DNA of 64,000 nucleotides from an uncultured delta proteobacterium (GTDB lineage Bacteria > Desulfobacterota > Binatia > UBA9968): contig CAVTUQ010000040.1 in the NCBI GenBank assembly GCA_963737905.1, positions 1-64,000 on the forward strand. The letters run 5' to 3'. The stretch's first letter is position 1. Each line of letters begins with the position of its first letter. The notes beneath the pieces are model-generated. The model did no database searches. It saw only the letters and a program-made list of their open reading frames with translations, and was not told the origin of the DNA. Shown piece by piece: positions 9,179 to 18,208 of this stretch. Made by a program: the position numbers and the translations under genes.

Positions 9179-10009
9179 TCATTTGTCTCCTGCCTCCTCA
9201 GCCGATGGAGCGGCGGCTGATGGCCCTTCACGCACGGCGTAGGTGACCACGGGCTCGGCGATCCCTTTTACGAATTCGGCGGGCATGGGCATTAACACGA
9301 AGCGCGCGTCGAGCTCGGCGCTTAGGGCCTCGGTCACGAGGATGTCCGCCTGATGGATTCGCGTGAGCGACTGCACGCGCGCGGCCACGTTCACGGTGCG
9401 TCCGACGAAGTCATACTCCATCCGCTCGCGCGAGCCCACCAGGCCGACAAGCCCCAAACCGCGGTCGATGCCGATCCCCAGGGCAAGCAACGGCAGCCCC
9501 TCCCGCCCTAGCTCGACATTGTATTCGCGGATGGCCGCACGCATCGCGAGGGCGGCGTGCACGGCATCGTTGCACTGCCACGGATTGGGTTGCAGCGCGC
9601 CGAAATAGGCGACGATGCCGTCGCCCAGGAAGTGGGCGACATGCCCGCGGTGCTCGTGGATGGCATCGCTCATGCGCTGAAAGTAGCCGTTGAGCACACG
9701 CGCCAGGACGGCCGGCTCGAGCCGGTCGCTCATCGCGGTGGACCCGACGAGATCGGCGAACAGAACGGTCACCACTTTGCGCTCGGGGACCGCCGCCTCG
9801 ATCCCCGACTTCACGCCGTCGGCGATGAGGTGCTGCAACACACCGGCTGGAACCAGCCGCGAGCAGGATTGCTGGAGATGCTGGAGGTCGGTGGCGATCG
9901 CCTCGAGCTGGGCCTTCAGCGTCTGGTTCTGCCGCCGTTGGCGATAGATTGCGACGGCGAGTCCCGCCAGGAGCACCAGCAGAGCAACTACGACGAAGGG
10001 TGCGGTCAT
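9179..10009 (-). CDS. Membrane-anchored class III nucleotide (adenylate/guanylate) cyclase
   Basis: N-terminal TM helix and coiled coil; VLFADLVGST, FLGDG, GIGI..G, YDFVGRTVNVAARVQ. Confidence 0.9.
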   Translation of the reverse strand: MTAPFVVVALLVLLAGLAVAIYRQRRQNQTLKAQLEAIATDLQHLQQSCSRLVPAGVLQHLIADGVKSGIEAAVPERKVVTVLFADLVGSTAMSDRLEPAVLARVLNGYFQRMSDAIHEHRGHVAHFLGDGIVAYFGALQPNPWQCNDAVHAALAMRAAIREYNVELGREGLPLLALGIGIDRGLGLVGLVGSRERMEYDFVGRTVNVAARVQSLTRIHQADILVTEALSAELDARFVLMPMPAEFVKGIAEPVVTYAVREGPSAAAPSAEEAGDK

Positions 10010-11100
10010 ATATTATGGTCCATCACCGTCGCGCCCATCCGGCAGAGCCCATTGGCCAGCGACGCCACACCGATGGCCTCGAGGAGCTGCGGGCCCGAGA
10101 GGCGTTCGCGGAGCATACGGGCGCGGCGCTGTAGCGGCGCGGGCTCGTACCAGATCGTTTCGCGAGCGAACGGCACGAGGAGCCGCTCGATGTCGTCGAG
10201 CTCGGGCGCGTCGAGATGAGTCAGGATCTGGGCGAGCGTCGATTCCTTCAATCCCTCTCTCCGGAGAGCTTCACTTACCTCCGGCGCGCAGACCTCGCAC
10301 CCCAGCCCGCGCGCGATGACGGCGATCATCAGAAGTTTGCAGCGTCGCGTGAGATGGGGAGAGGCCCACATCTCAGCGAGCGTTCGCGCCAATATGGCGC
10401 CGATCGGAGAACCCGCGTAGGTTTCCACGAGCCGGCCGTAGGCATAGGGCGGCACGGGGTCCAGCACGGTGGGCTGCCCGCGATAACGATGTCTTTTAAC
10501 GATCAGACCGAGCAAGGGCCGGAGCAGCCGTACGTAAAGGCGATCGGGCATGCTCTCGATGGGATAGGCTGGGATCGCGGGGATCGTATAGGCGCGGTTG
10601 TTGAAATCCGTCAATGCCGCCGTGAACGCGATTTCCTTCATCTCATCGACCCCCAAGCCCGAACGACGTAGAGTCTCACGGGCAGCCCGCGCTCCTGCAG
10701 GACCCGAGCGCGACTGGCTTCGCCCGAAGGCGACAGCCGCCATGGTCCGCGGCGGCAGATCGGCTCGCGTCAGGTCCTGTTCCATGCGCTGGATACGCGT
10801 CCAGGACATTCCCTGAGCCCACAGCAGCCCCCGGACAGCGGCATAGCAGAAACGGCATGAGTTCTCCTGGCTGACGACCAGCACGACAAGATCCGCTAAG
10901 GTCTGATCGAGGTGCATGAGCAGCCCGTACTCGGGATGCAGATCGATCACCGCCCGTGCCAGCCAGGGAACGGACGCGAAGTAGGTGATCATCGGGTTCG
11001 GAATCCCCCACCTTCGCCGCGCGTAGGACTGTAACGCCGGGTCTGGAAAGGGCTCGACCAGGCACGACTCCCATTCAACCTGTTGCAGGGCACCGTTCAT
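10006..11100 (-). CDS. Two-domain AhpD/carboxymuconolactone decarboxylase-like protein
   Basis: LVVSQENSCRFCY and LTRRCKLLMIAVIARGLGCEVC (two CxxC); ATGA overlap with the cyclase. Confidence 0.75.
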   Translation of the reverse strand: MNGALQQVEWESCLVEPFPDPALQSYARRRWGIPNPMITYFASVPWLARAVIDLHPEYGLLMHLDQTLADLVVLVVSQENSCRFCYAAVRGLLWAQGMSWTRIQRMEQDLTRADLPPRTMAAVAFGRSQSRSGPAGARAARETLRRSGLGVDEMKEIAFTAALTDFNNRAYTIPAIPAYPIESMPDRLYVRLLRPLLGLIVKRHRYRGQPTVLDPVPPYAYGRLVETYAGSPIGAILARTLAEMWASPHLTRRCKLLMIAVIARGLGCEVCAPEVSEALRREGLKESTLAQILTHLDAPELDDIERLLVPFARETIWYEPAPLQRRARMLRERLSGPQLLEAIGVASLANGLCRMGATVMDHNI

Positions 11101-11245
11101 GATCTGACTCGAACTCTCTTCATCGGATAAATATGTTTTAGGGTCTACCGCCGTCGGGCTTGAGGCACTTTGATTTCAAGGGCTAGAACAACTTGACAGG
11201 TTGAAGCCACTGGAGGATACATTTGAAAACTAACCGGAGGCTGGC

Positions 11246-11620
11246 ATGGCAGCTGGAAAAAGCGTTCTTGTAATTGGCTTCGAACCAACTCTTCTCGATT
11301 ATTCCACTATCCCCAATTTGGACGCAGCTAAAGTCCTGGCCCTGCTAAAAGCCGATGAAGCTCATTTACGGGGCTTGGGCTACGAGGTGGAACTGTGCTT
11401 GACCGATCTTGGCAAAACTGCGGAGGCATTCGTTCGAGATCGACTCAGGCAGAAACAATTCGATTGTATTCTTGTTGGCGCGGGCGTGCGAACGATTCCG
11501 AAATATTTCATCTTGTTTGAAAAGTTGATCAACGTGGTGCATGAGCATGCTCCTCAAGCCAAGCTGTGTTTCAACACGAAGCCGGGCGACACGGCTGAGG
11601 CGGTCCAGCGTTGGATCTGA
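11246..11620 (+). CDS. Hypothetical protein
   Basis: RBS GGAGG, 124 aa, globular-looking (DCILVGAGVR...FEKLINVVH...CFNT.P.DT.EAVQRW). Confidence 0.75.
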   Translation: MAAGKSVLVIGFEPTLLDYSTIPNLDAAKVLALLKADEAHLRGLGYEVELCLTDLGKTAEAFVRDRLRQKQFDCILVGAGVRTIPKYFILFEKLINVVHEHAPQAKLCFNTKPGDTAEAVQRWI

Positions 11621-11688
11621 TTTGCCATCATCCTCGCGAAACCCCTTCTGCTTGAGAGCGAAAGCGGCAGCGATTCTCTTCACGTCCC

Positions 11689-12801
11689 CTACTCCTTAAC
11701 GTACTTTGTGACTCCCCTCACTGTGGCTTCTGCCGTGAAGAGATTGCCGGCACTATCGATGGCAATCCCCTCTCCCATGGCTCCCTCGGGCGCATCAGTT
11801 TTGTGCGGCGGCACGAAGATGGTCACCTTGCCGTCCTTCAAGCTCCCGGCGCGAATGCCCTTGAGCCAGCCTGGATGCCTCTTTGGATCCGATTCAGAGT
11901 CTGCCGCATAAATTGTGTCGTTCCCGTTTATCGCCAGCCCGCTCACGCGGCTGAACTCCCGCCATTCAGCGAGATACTTCCCCTCCTTCGTCAGGATTTG
12001 AATTCGGTGGTTGTGGCGGTCGGCGACGATCAGCCGTCCCTGGGAGTCGAACTCGATCGCGTGCGGTGTGCGGAACTCCCCTGGCCCCGTTCCGGTCTTA
12101 CCGATGACCCGCAGGAATTTGCCGCTGCGGTCGAAGACCGAGATACGGCCGACAAGATTCGGGTCCGCGACGTTCGTGTGGCTCTCCGCCACGTAAACAT
12201 CGCCGTTGCTCGGGTCCGTGACGATGTCGTTCGGCTCGGTCAGCGCGTCCGGCGGATCTCCCTTCACGCCAGGTCTGCCCAACGTCATCAGCACCTTGCC
12301 ATCGGGACTAAACTTGATGACAACGCTGCCCTTCTTGTCTTCACCCGGAAACTTGATGCGTTCCTCGGCTGTCGCAACGCGAGCGTCGGTGACCCACACG
12401 TTGCCGTCTCGATCGACGTGGATGCCGTGTGGCCACACGAACATGCCCCCGCCAAAGCTCTTGATCTCTTTCCCTGTCTCGTCGAAGAGATGGACGGGGT
12501 TTGCCTTGCTGCCGAGGCAGCCCGGCGCAGTTCCCGGCGAGCAACGGTCCGTCGCCCAAACGGACTTGCCGTCCCGGTCGATGGCGACGCCGTTGGAACC
12601 GCCCCACGGCCTTTTCTCCAACGTGAGCTGTGCCCAATCGCGGATGACGCGATAGGGGTTGGGTCCGCTGTTGACGGGCTGAACTTTCTCGGTCTCGGCG
12701 GTCCCGCCCCGCTGTTGAGCCTGAACGCTGCCGCGTTGGGTGGTGATGCAGACGACGATCACGACCGCGCACGCGAGTCTCACGACAATTGACTTGGTCA
12801 T
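11689..12801 (-). CDS. Secreted NHL-repeat beta-propeller (peptidyl-alpha-hydroxyglycine alpha-amidating lyase-like)
   Basis: PHGIHVDRDGNVWVTD, GEFRTPHAI.FD..GRLIVADRHNHRIQ; signal peptide; RBS AGGAG before ATG 12801 (ORF track starts at 12819). Confidence 0.85.
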   Translation of the reverse strand: MTKSIVVRLACAVVIVVCITTQRGSVQAQQRGGTAETEKVQPVNSGPNPYRVIRDWAQLTLEKRPWGGSNGVAIDRDGKSVWATDRCSPGTAPGCLGSKANPVHLFDETGKEIKSFGGGMFVWPHGIHVDRDGNVWVTDARVATAEERIKFPGEDKKGSVVIKFSPDGKVLMTLGRPGVKGDPPDALTEPNDIVTDPSNGDVYVAESHTNVADPNLVGRISVFDRSGKFLRVIGKTGTGPGEFRTPHAIEFDSQGRLIVADRHNHRIQILTKEGKYLAEWREFSRVSGLAINGNDTIYAADSESDPKRHPGWLKGIRAGSLKDGKVTIFVPPHKTDAPEGAMGEGIAIDSAGNLFTAEATVRGVTKYVKE

Positions 12802-13167
12802 CTCGGTGCTCCTGCTCATATAGACGGCAAATTTAAAGACCCGTTTCTTCTGAACGAGGCCATACCGCGATCTCGCCGAACCGTCAATCGTTCAAGTGTT
12901 TAGTTTTTTGCTTCGGATGCTCGGGCGAGCTGCTGCCCGGAAGCGCATTTTTTCTTCTTCGTCGTGCGATCGAACTCAGGCCGAGCGGACGGGGCGTAGC
13001 CTTGACAACAGGCTCGCTAAACAACGCCGACTTTACCGCCTCGAACTAGTTACGTTCCTGCAACGATGGTTTTAATGATTCGTAGACGGCCGCAGCCAAA
13101 AAAGTCTGGCATGGAAGGCGTTGAAGGTGGTAGTTTGAAACCGTTTGAAAGGAGACTTTGAACGATC

Positions 13168-13833
13168 ATGGAACAAAAGAAAGACCGGCGCGCGGTGGGG
13201 GTCAAAGTTCTGCCCGAAGGCGTCGAAGAATACTGCGAGCGACATACCACGGCTCTAACCGAGCTGCACGAGCGGCTGCTCAAAGAGACTGAAGATAAAA
13301 CCACCACGGCGAATTTTCTCGTGGGTGAAATCGAAGGCGCTTTTCTCAAGATGCTCGTGCGCATGACTCAGGCCAGAAGAATTCTCGAAGTTGGCATGTT
13401 TACCGGCTATAGCGCGTTGTCTTTTGCCGAGGCGCTCCCGGCGGACGGCCAGATCATTACCTGCGAGATCGATCCGCGCGCCATCGAGATTGCTGAGCGC
13501 TTCTTTTCTCAAAGTCCCCACGGCAAGAAGATCGAGATCAAGAAAGGGCCGGCGGCGGAATCGCTAAAAACCATCGCCGGGCCTTTCGATCTCTGCTTCA
13601 TCGACGCCGACAAACCGAGCTACGACTATTATTACGACCGGTGCGTGGATCTCGTGCGTCAAGGCGGTCTGATCATACTCGACAACATGCTGCGCTACGG
13701 CCGCGTGCTCAATCCAACCGAAGAAGACGCGCGCATTGTCAACGCATTGAATGATCGAATTCATAGTGACCCGAGGGTGGAGAACGTTCTGTTGCCGTTC
13801 CGCGACGGCATCATGTTGGCTTACAAACTCTAG
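13168..13833 (+). CDS. SAM-dependent O-methyltransferase (caffeoyl-CoA OMT family 3)
   Basis: ILEVGMFTGYSAL, FDLCFIDADK, LDNML, LLPFRDGI. Confidence 0.92.
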   Translation: MEQKKDRRAVGVKVLPEGVEEYCERHTTALTELHERLLKETEDKTTTANFLVGEIEGAFLKMLVRMTQARRILEVGMFTGYSALSFAEALPADGQIITCEIDPRAIEIAERFFSQSPHGKKIEIKKGPAAESLKTIAGPFDLCFIDADKPSYDYYYDRCVDLVRQGGLIILDNMLRYGRVLNPTEEDARIVNALNDRIHSDPRVENVLLPFRDGIMLAYKL

Positions 13834-13840
13834 CCAAAGA

Positions 13841-13998
13841 AAATCCGAAATCCGAATATCGAAATCCGAAACAAACTATGAGGCAAACAAATCTCAAATA
13901 TCAAATCATCCAAACGTCGGGCACGGCCCCTTTTTGGAAGTTTTCTCCTTTTGGTCATTTGAATTTGTTTCGAATTTCGGATTTCGAGCTTCGAATTT
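13841..13998. repeat. Heptamer-period inverted repeat (AAATCCG-like units)
   Basis: Left arm AAATCCG AAATCCG AATATCG AAATCCG AAACAAA; right arm TTTGTTT CGAATTT CGGATTT CGAGCTT CGAATTT. Confidence 0.85.
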
Positions 13999-14091
13999 GG
14001 TTTGATTGCGTGCGTGGCGGGAGAAAATTTCTTGAACTCGGTCAAACATTTTGGACTGGAATTCACCTAGAATTAGACAAGGGGGTAAGAC

Positions 14092-15123
14092 ATGAGTCAC
14101 TCAAACGTGATCGATGCCGATGGCCATATTATCGAACGCAGCGACGAGCTGCGTCGTTATTTGAAAGCGCCATTCAATAAACGCGGCGGCCCACTGACCG
14201 CGTCCGAACCGTGGGATAGGGATCTCCAAGAAACCTTGCCCGCGCACCAGAAAGTCTTTCCACGCGCGCCGCAGGCGGAGGACTGGTTGCGCGTCATGGA
14301 TGACTACAACATCGAGCTGGCGTTTCTTTATCCGACATCCATGGGCAACGTGTCGCGCGTCCGCGAGCCTGACTATGCCGTGGCGCTTTGCGAGGCTTAC
14401 AACGATTACGTCTACGATCACTACGTGAAAGTTTCAGAGCGCCTGAAACCCATCGCCATCATCCCGCCCCAAGATCCCGAGCGAGCCTCGGTGGAATTGC
14501 GCCGCGCGGTTAAGCAGCTGGGTTGCCGCGCCGCCGTCGTGCGCACGACGGGGCTCCGCCTGCCGCTGGGACATCGATTCTACGATCCGATTTACCGCCA
14601 AGCGGAGAGTTTGGATTGCGCCATCGCTGTCCACGGTACCAATGGCGGCGATGAGCTGGCTTCGGGCGCCTTCGAGACCTTCACCGAAGTTCACATGGTG
14701 TCGTTCCCGGTCGGAATATTCGTTCAGTTCTCCAACATGATCTTTCAGGGAGTGCCGGAGCGCTTTCCGAAACTCAGGCTCGCGTTTCTGGAGATCGGTT
14801 GCACCTGGCTGCCCTATTGGCTGGATCGCATGGACGAACACTGGGAGAAGCGCGGCAAGATCGAAACGCCGCTTTTGACCCAGCGTCCCAGCGACTGCGT
14901 GCGCCAACGCCCTTTTTTCTTTAGTTTGGAATCCGAAGAGGCTCTCCTGCCGGAAACTTTCCGCTACGTCGGCGACGACCATTTCTTATACGCCACCGAC
15001 ATTCCACACTGGGACTCCGAGTTCCCGGAGAATCTGCACAAGATACAAAAGCGCCAGGACCTGTCCGACGAGACCAAGAACAAGCTTTTGTATCAAAATG
15101 CCAAGACACTTTACGCCATCTAA
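14092..15123 (+). CDS. Amidohydrolase_2 family metal-dependent hydrolase/decarboxylase
   Basis: VIDADGHI, IAVHG, FLEIGCTW, YATDIPHWD. Confidence 0.9.
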   Translation: MSHSNVIDADGHIIERSDELRRYLKAPFNKRGGPLTASEPWDRDLQETLPAHQKVFPRAPQAEDWLRVMDDYNIELAFLYPTSMGNVSRVREPDYAVALCEAYNDYVYDHYVKVSERLKPIAIIPPQDPERASVELRRAVKQLGCRAAVVRTTGLRLPLGHRFYDPIYRQAESLDCAIAVHGTNGGDELASGAFETFTEVHMVSFPVGIFVQFSNMIFQGVPERFPKLRLAFLEIGCTWLPYWLDRMDEHWEKRGKIETPLLTQRPSDCVRQRPFFFSLESEEALLPETFRYVGDDHFLYATDIPHWDSEFPENLHKIQKRQDLSDETKNKLLYQNAKTLYAI

Positions 15124-15226
15124 CGCAGGTCGACGACCCGCGGCCAGACTGCCTGACATTGACTACGAGGAATGGTCAAAAGGCGAGCCCTGCGGGTTCT
15201 AGCGTTGACGATTTTCAGTTAGGCTT

Positions 15227-16330
15227 TTACAAAGCGTAGTAAGCGCGCGCATTATCGCTCAAAATTTTCTCTTTGACGGCGGGCGATAGATCGTCGCGTC
15301 GCCGAAAAATATTGATGGCATCAAGGTCGCTCGAAGAATCGGTGTGACCGTAATCGGTGCCGATAACCAGATTGTCCTCACCGGCCTCGCGCACGATGTA
15401 CGCGATATCATCGCAATTTTCACAGGTGACGAACAAGCCGAACTCCTTGAGCAGATTCTCCGGCCACGGCCGGCCGAGCGTTCGAAAGCGGGTCTTCGCT
15501 TCATGCATGATCCAGGGCACCCACTGGGCGCTCGCTTCGATAAAGCCGAAGCGGAGCTTGGGGAAGACGTCGTGGATCTCGCTCATGACGATGTCGTTAA
15601 ACGCCCCCACTGTCGGTATTCTAAAGCGGTGAAAGGTCGTGGCGATGCGCACCGGATGGTTGCCGTAGAGATCGTTGAGCCAGGCGTTGCCGTTGGCGAT
15701 GTGGATGGCGATCGCCATGTCGAGCTTCTGGGCTTCGTCGTAGATGGGGTAAAAATAGGAGTCGGCGAGCAGACGATTGCCCTCCACGGGGCGCAGGCAG
15801 ACAGCGCAGGCGCCGTTTTCCTTCGACCAGCGAATCTGATCGAGCGCGTCCGGCATGCTGAGCAGCGGCGGCATGCAGGACCAACGCAGGCGCCCTTCGC
15901 TCTGCTTCCAGATGTCGGCAAGCCAGCGATTCCAACTCTTGCAGAGCGCCACGTCGACCGCTGGACGGTCGGTGCACGACTCGATGAACATGGTGTTGTG
16001 CAACACCTGAATATCGACTCTCGTTTGATCCATGTGCTCGAGCCGCAGATCGACGTTGGCCAGCTCACGAGACTCCTGCTGTTCGGCGAACTTCCTACCG
16101 ACCTGTTGTTGGCGCTTGGCCATTAGCTCGTCCGAGAGAACCGCAAAGCGAAAACCGCGGACTTTACCATCGACCAGCCAAAACTGTTGGCGCACGCCGG
16201 CTTCTTCACGTGCTTCCAAGGATATGGGACGATACTTTTCTTCGGACTTGTCCATAAAGTCCCATGTGTGCGCGCACTCCACGACATGAGCGTCGGCGTC
16301 GATGACGGGATTCTTATTTTGGCTGTTCAT
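15227..16330 (-). CDS. Amidohydrolase_2 family protein
   Basis: VIDADAHV, IAIHI, FIEASAQW, IGTDYGHTD. Confidence 0.9.
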   Translation of the reverse strand: MNSQNKNPVIDADAHVVECAHTWDFMDKSEEKYRPISLEAREEAGVRQQFWLVDGKVRGFRFAVLSDELMAKRQQQVGRKFAEQQESRELANVDLRLEHMDQTRVDIQVLHNTMFIESCTDRPAVDVALCKSWNRWLADIWKQSEGRLRWSCMPPLLSMPDALDQIRWSKENGACAVCLRPVEGNRLLADSYFYPIYDEAQKLDMAIAIHIANGNAWLNDLYGNHPVRIATTFHRFRIPTVGAFNDIVMSEIHDVFPKLRFGFIEASAQWVPWIMHEAKTRFRTLGRPWPENLLKEFGLFVTCENCDDIAYIVREAGEDNLVIGTDYGHTDSSSDLDAINIFRRRDDLSPAVKEKILSDNARAYYAL

Positions 16331-16494
16331 GGTAGCCCCCTCTTCGCTTCGATAAGTCCGACACTAGTGGATCGATCCTGGAGCTGTCAATCCGCGCAGG
16401 CTTTGCGGTTCGCTCCAGCGCTGGGAGCGCCGGCAATCCGCCAAGCCGACACGGGCTCGCTTTTGCCTTTGAGGTCAAGCTGGCCCCGCCGCGC

Positions 16495-16659
16495 GTTATG
16501 GATAGGGTTTTTAAACCACCTTTTTCTATGGCCGGAGCCATATCGGGGACCGGGAGAGTTGTCAATTCGTTTTCTGCTTGAGGAAAAACCCGATGTTGTA
16601 CCGGTCAGCTCGGCCGGAGAGCGGTTGGGAGGCGCGCAAGAGGTGCCTTATGGCGCCGC
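16495..16659. repeat. Diverged direct repeat, copy A (contains minus-strand TTGACA-N17-TATGGC)
   Basis: Shares blocks TTTTAAACCACCTTTT, AGCCATATCG, GGACCGG, TGTCAATTC, TTCTGCTTGA, AAACCCG, ACCGGTC and CCTTATG.CGCCGC with 17933-18083. Confidence 0.85.
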
Positions 16660-16804
16660 TCGGTCGAACTCAGAGCGAGCCGCACCGTCGGCTTGCGTTG
16701 GCAGGCGGTTTTCGGCTGTCAGAGCTCTCATTGTGTGAGGCCTGCGATCGATCTGTGCTGCGGTCAATGTCGCACGAGGGCGGACAGTATTCACGCGCGT
16801 GCGC

Positions 16805-17683
16805 CTAAGCGGCATCTTCGACTCTTTTTTTTAGCTGATCCACCAGAAGATGGAACTTTTCCGAGTCGAGGGGAGCTTCGCGGGTTAGATCGACCCACTG
16901 CGCCCTTGTCATGCGTGGAGGGATTTCGCATTCATGCAACTTGATAGGAAAGTATGCGTTCTTTTGCATGCCGTATTCGGCTTCACTGTATACTTCCTCT
17001 GACCGCGTAGACTGCGGAGTCCAAAATACGACTACGCATCGCGAGCTCGTCAGCGCTCTATCGATCGCAAATCCCCAATTCTGTCCGGATGAAATCATCT
17101 GATCCCACCAAACTGAAAACCCGAACCTCCTAAATATCTCCACAAATCTGGCCACGTGCTGGCGGTCTTCACTCTTATAACTCAGGAAAATGTCGTAGCC
17201 GCTGCGCCGTTCGCCAGGGACTTCAAGCCGCGTCGCCCGAAATGCTGTCTTTCCCGTAGAGTCGGTCCAAATGGGGTTGCGGCCTACAATTCTGGATATG
17301 TTTGCTAGGAGATTGTCCAACTTGCGCGGATCGCGCGTCAGACGCCACTCGGAAATATCGACTATTGGTGTGCCTTTTGGAATAGGAGAAGTCGTCTTAA
17401 GATCCAAACGATCCTGAATGGCCACCGGCAATAGATTTCCTATTGCGAGACCATGCTCAATATAGTGTTTGAGGTAGGTCGACTTGAGACTAGACTCAGA
17501 AAGCAAGGCGAGCACGCAGTCTGATTTTCGAAACTGCTGCTCGATTTCACTCTTCCAATCGGCGCCCGGCAGGATGTCTGCGTCGTACCAGATTGAATAG
17601 CCCCAGTTTTTTAGTGCATGTCGGAGGGCCTTCGCCTCCGTCTCGTCGCTTCGAGAGTATGCGAGAAATATGTCCGCCGACAT
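16805..17683 (-). CDS. Tandem TIR-TIR domain protein
   Basis: Two TIR_2 units: DIFLAYSRSD...YSIWYD..I.PG.DW and DIFLSYKSED...FSVWWD..I.SG.NW...VVVFWT..S..SEEVYSE. Confidence 0.9.
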   Translation of the reverse strand: MSADIFLAYSRSDETEAKALRHALKNWGYSIWYDADILPGADWKSEIEQQFRKSDCVLALLSESSLKSTYLKHYIEHGLAIGNLLPVAIQDRLDLKTTSPIPKGTPIVDISEWRLTRDPRKLDNLLANISRIVGRNPIWTDSTGKTAFRATRLEVPGERRSGYDIFLSYKSEDRQHVARFVEIFRRFGFSVWWDQMISSGQNWGFAIDRALTSSRCVVVFWTPQSTRSEEVYSEAEYGMQKNAYFPIKLHECEIPPRMTRAQWVDLTREAPLDSEKFHLLVDQLKKRVEDAA

Positions 17684-17932
17684 TTAAACCTCTCTGCAGC
17701 CGTCTAAACGACCCTCGACGCATGTCAGTAGCAGCTCAAAAGCTTCCGGGCCTCGCGGCTTAAGGCCACGCCTGCGCCCGGTCGGCGGCGGCGATGTCGA
17801 AGCGCTCGAAGTGACGGATCTTGTCATCGTCAAGGGGGCGGGCGCAGCTCCTTGAACCGCACCTTCGCGAGGTCGGTGAATAGAATTTTTAGGCGACTTG
17901 TGCACATTTCCGTGCGGCCCGATCGACCGACA

Positions 17933-18083
17933 GTTGATGGATGGGACTTTTAAACCACCTTTTGACCGAAGCCATATCGCAGGACCGGCAGAGATGTCAA
18001 TTCCTGTTCTGCTTGATGAGAAACCCGCTATGCTACCGGTCGACTCGGTCGGGAGAAGCGCGAAAGGTTCCTTATGCCGCCGC
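17933..18083. repeat. Diverged direct repeat, copy B (minus-strand TTGACA-N18-TATGGC)
   Basis: Aligns by eye to 16495-16659 with a few indels. Confidence 0.85.
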
Positions 18084-18208
18084 AGTTGGCGCAGTGCTCC
18101 ACGCTCAATGGTTTTCCGGCACGCCGACCACCAGCGCAATTCGTCCGACGCCATGTTGTCTCCCCAATCCCAAACGACATGGACGCTATACGAGATGCGA
18201 TCATGACC

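Noticed and set aside
13841-13998. CRISPR array (also considered for the other tandem tracts)
   Set aside because: The units are 7-9 nt, tandem and inverted, with no unique spacers and no cas genes
16495-18083. Integron attC sites around the TIR gene
   Set aside because: No RYYYAAC...GTTRRRY palindromic structure is visible and no integrase is present
17684-18154. 156-aa ORF ending immediately before the TIR start
   Set aside because: It runs through the non-coding repeat/promoter element and has low-complexity composition; its RBS-like GGGGAG alone is insufficient
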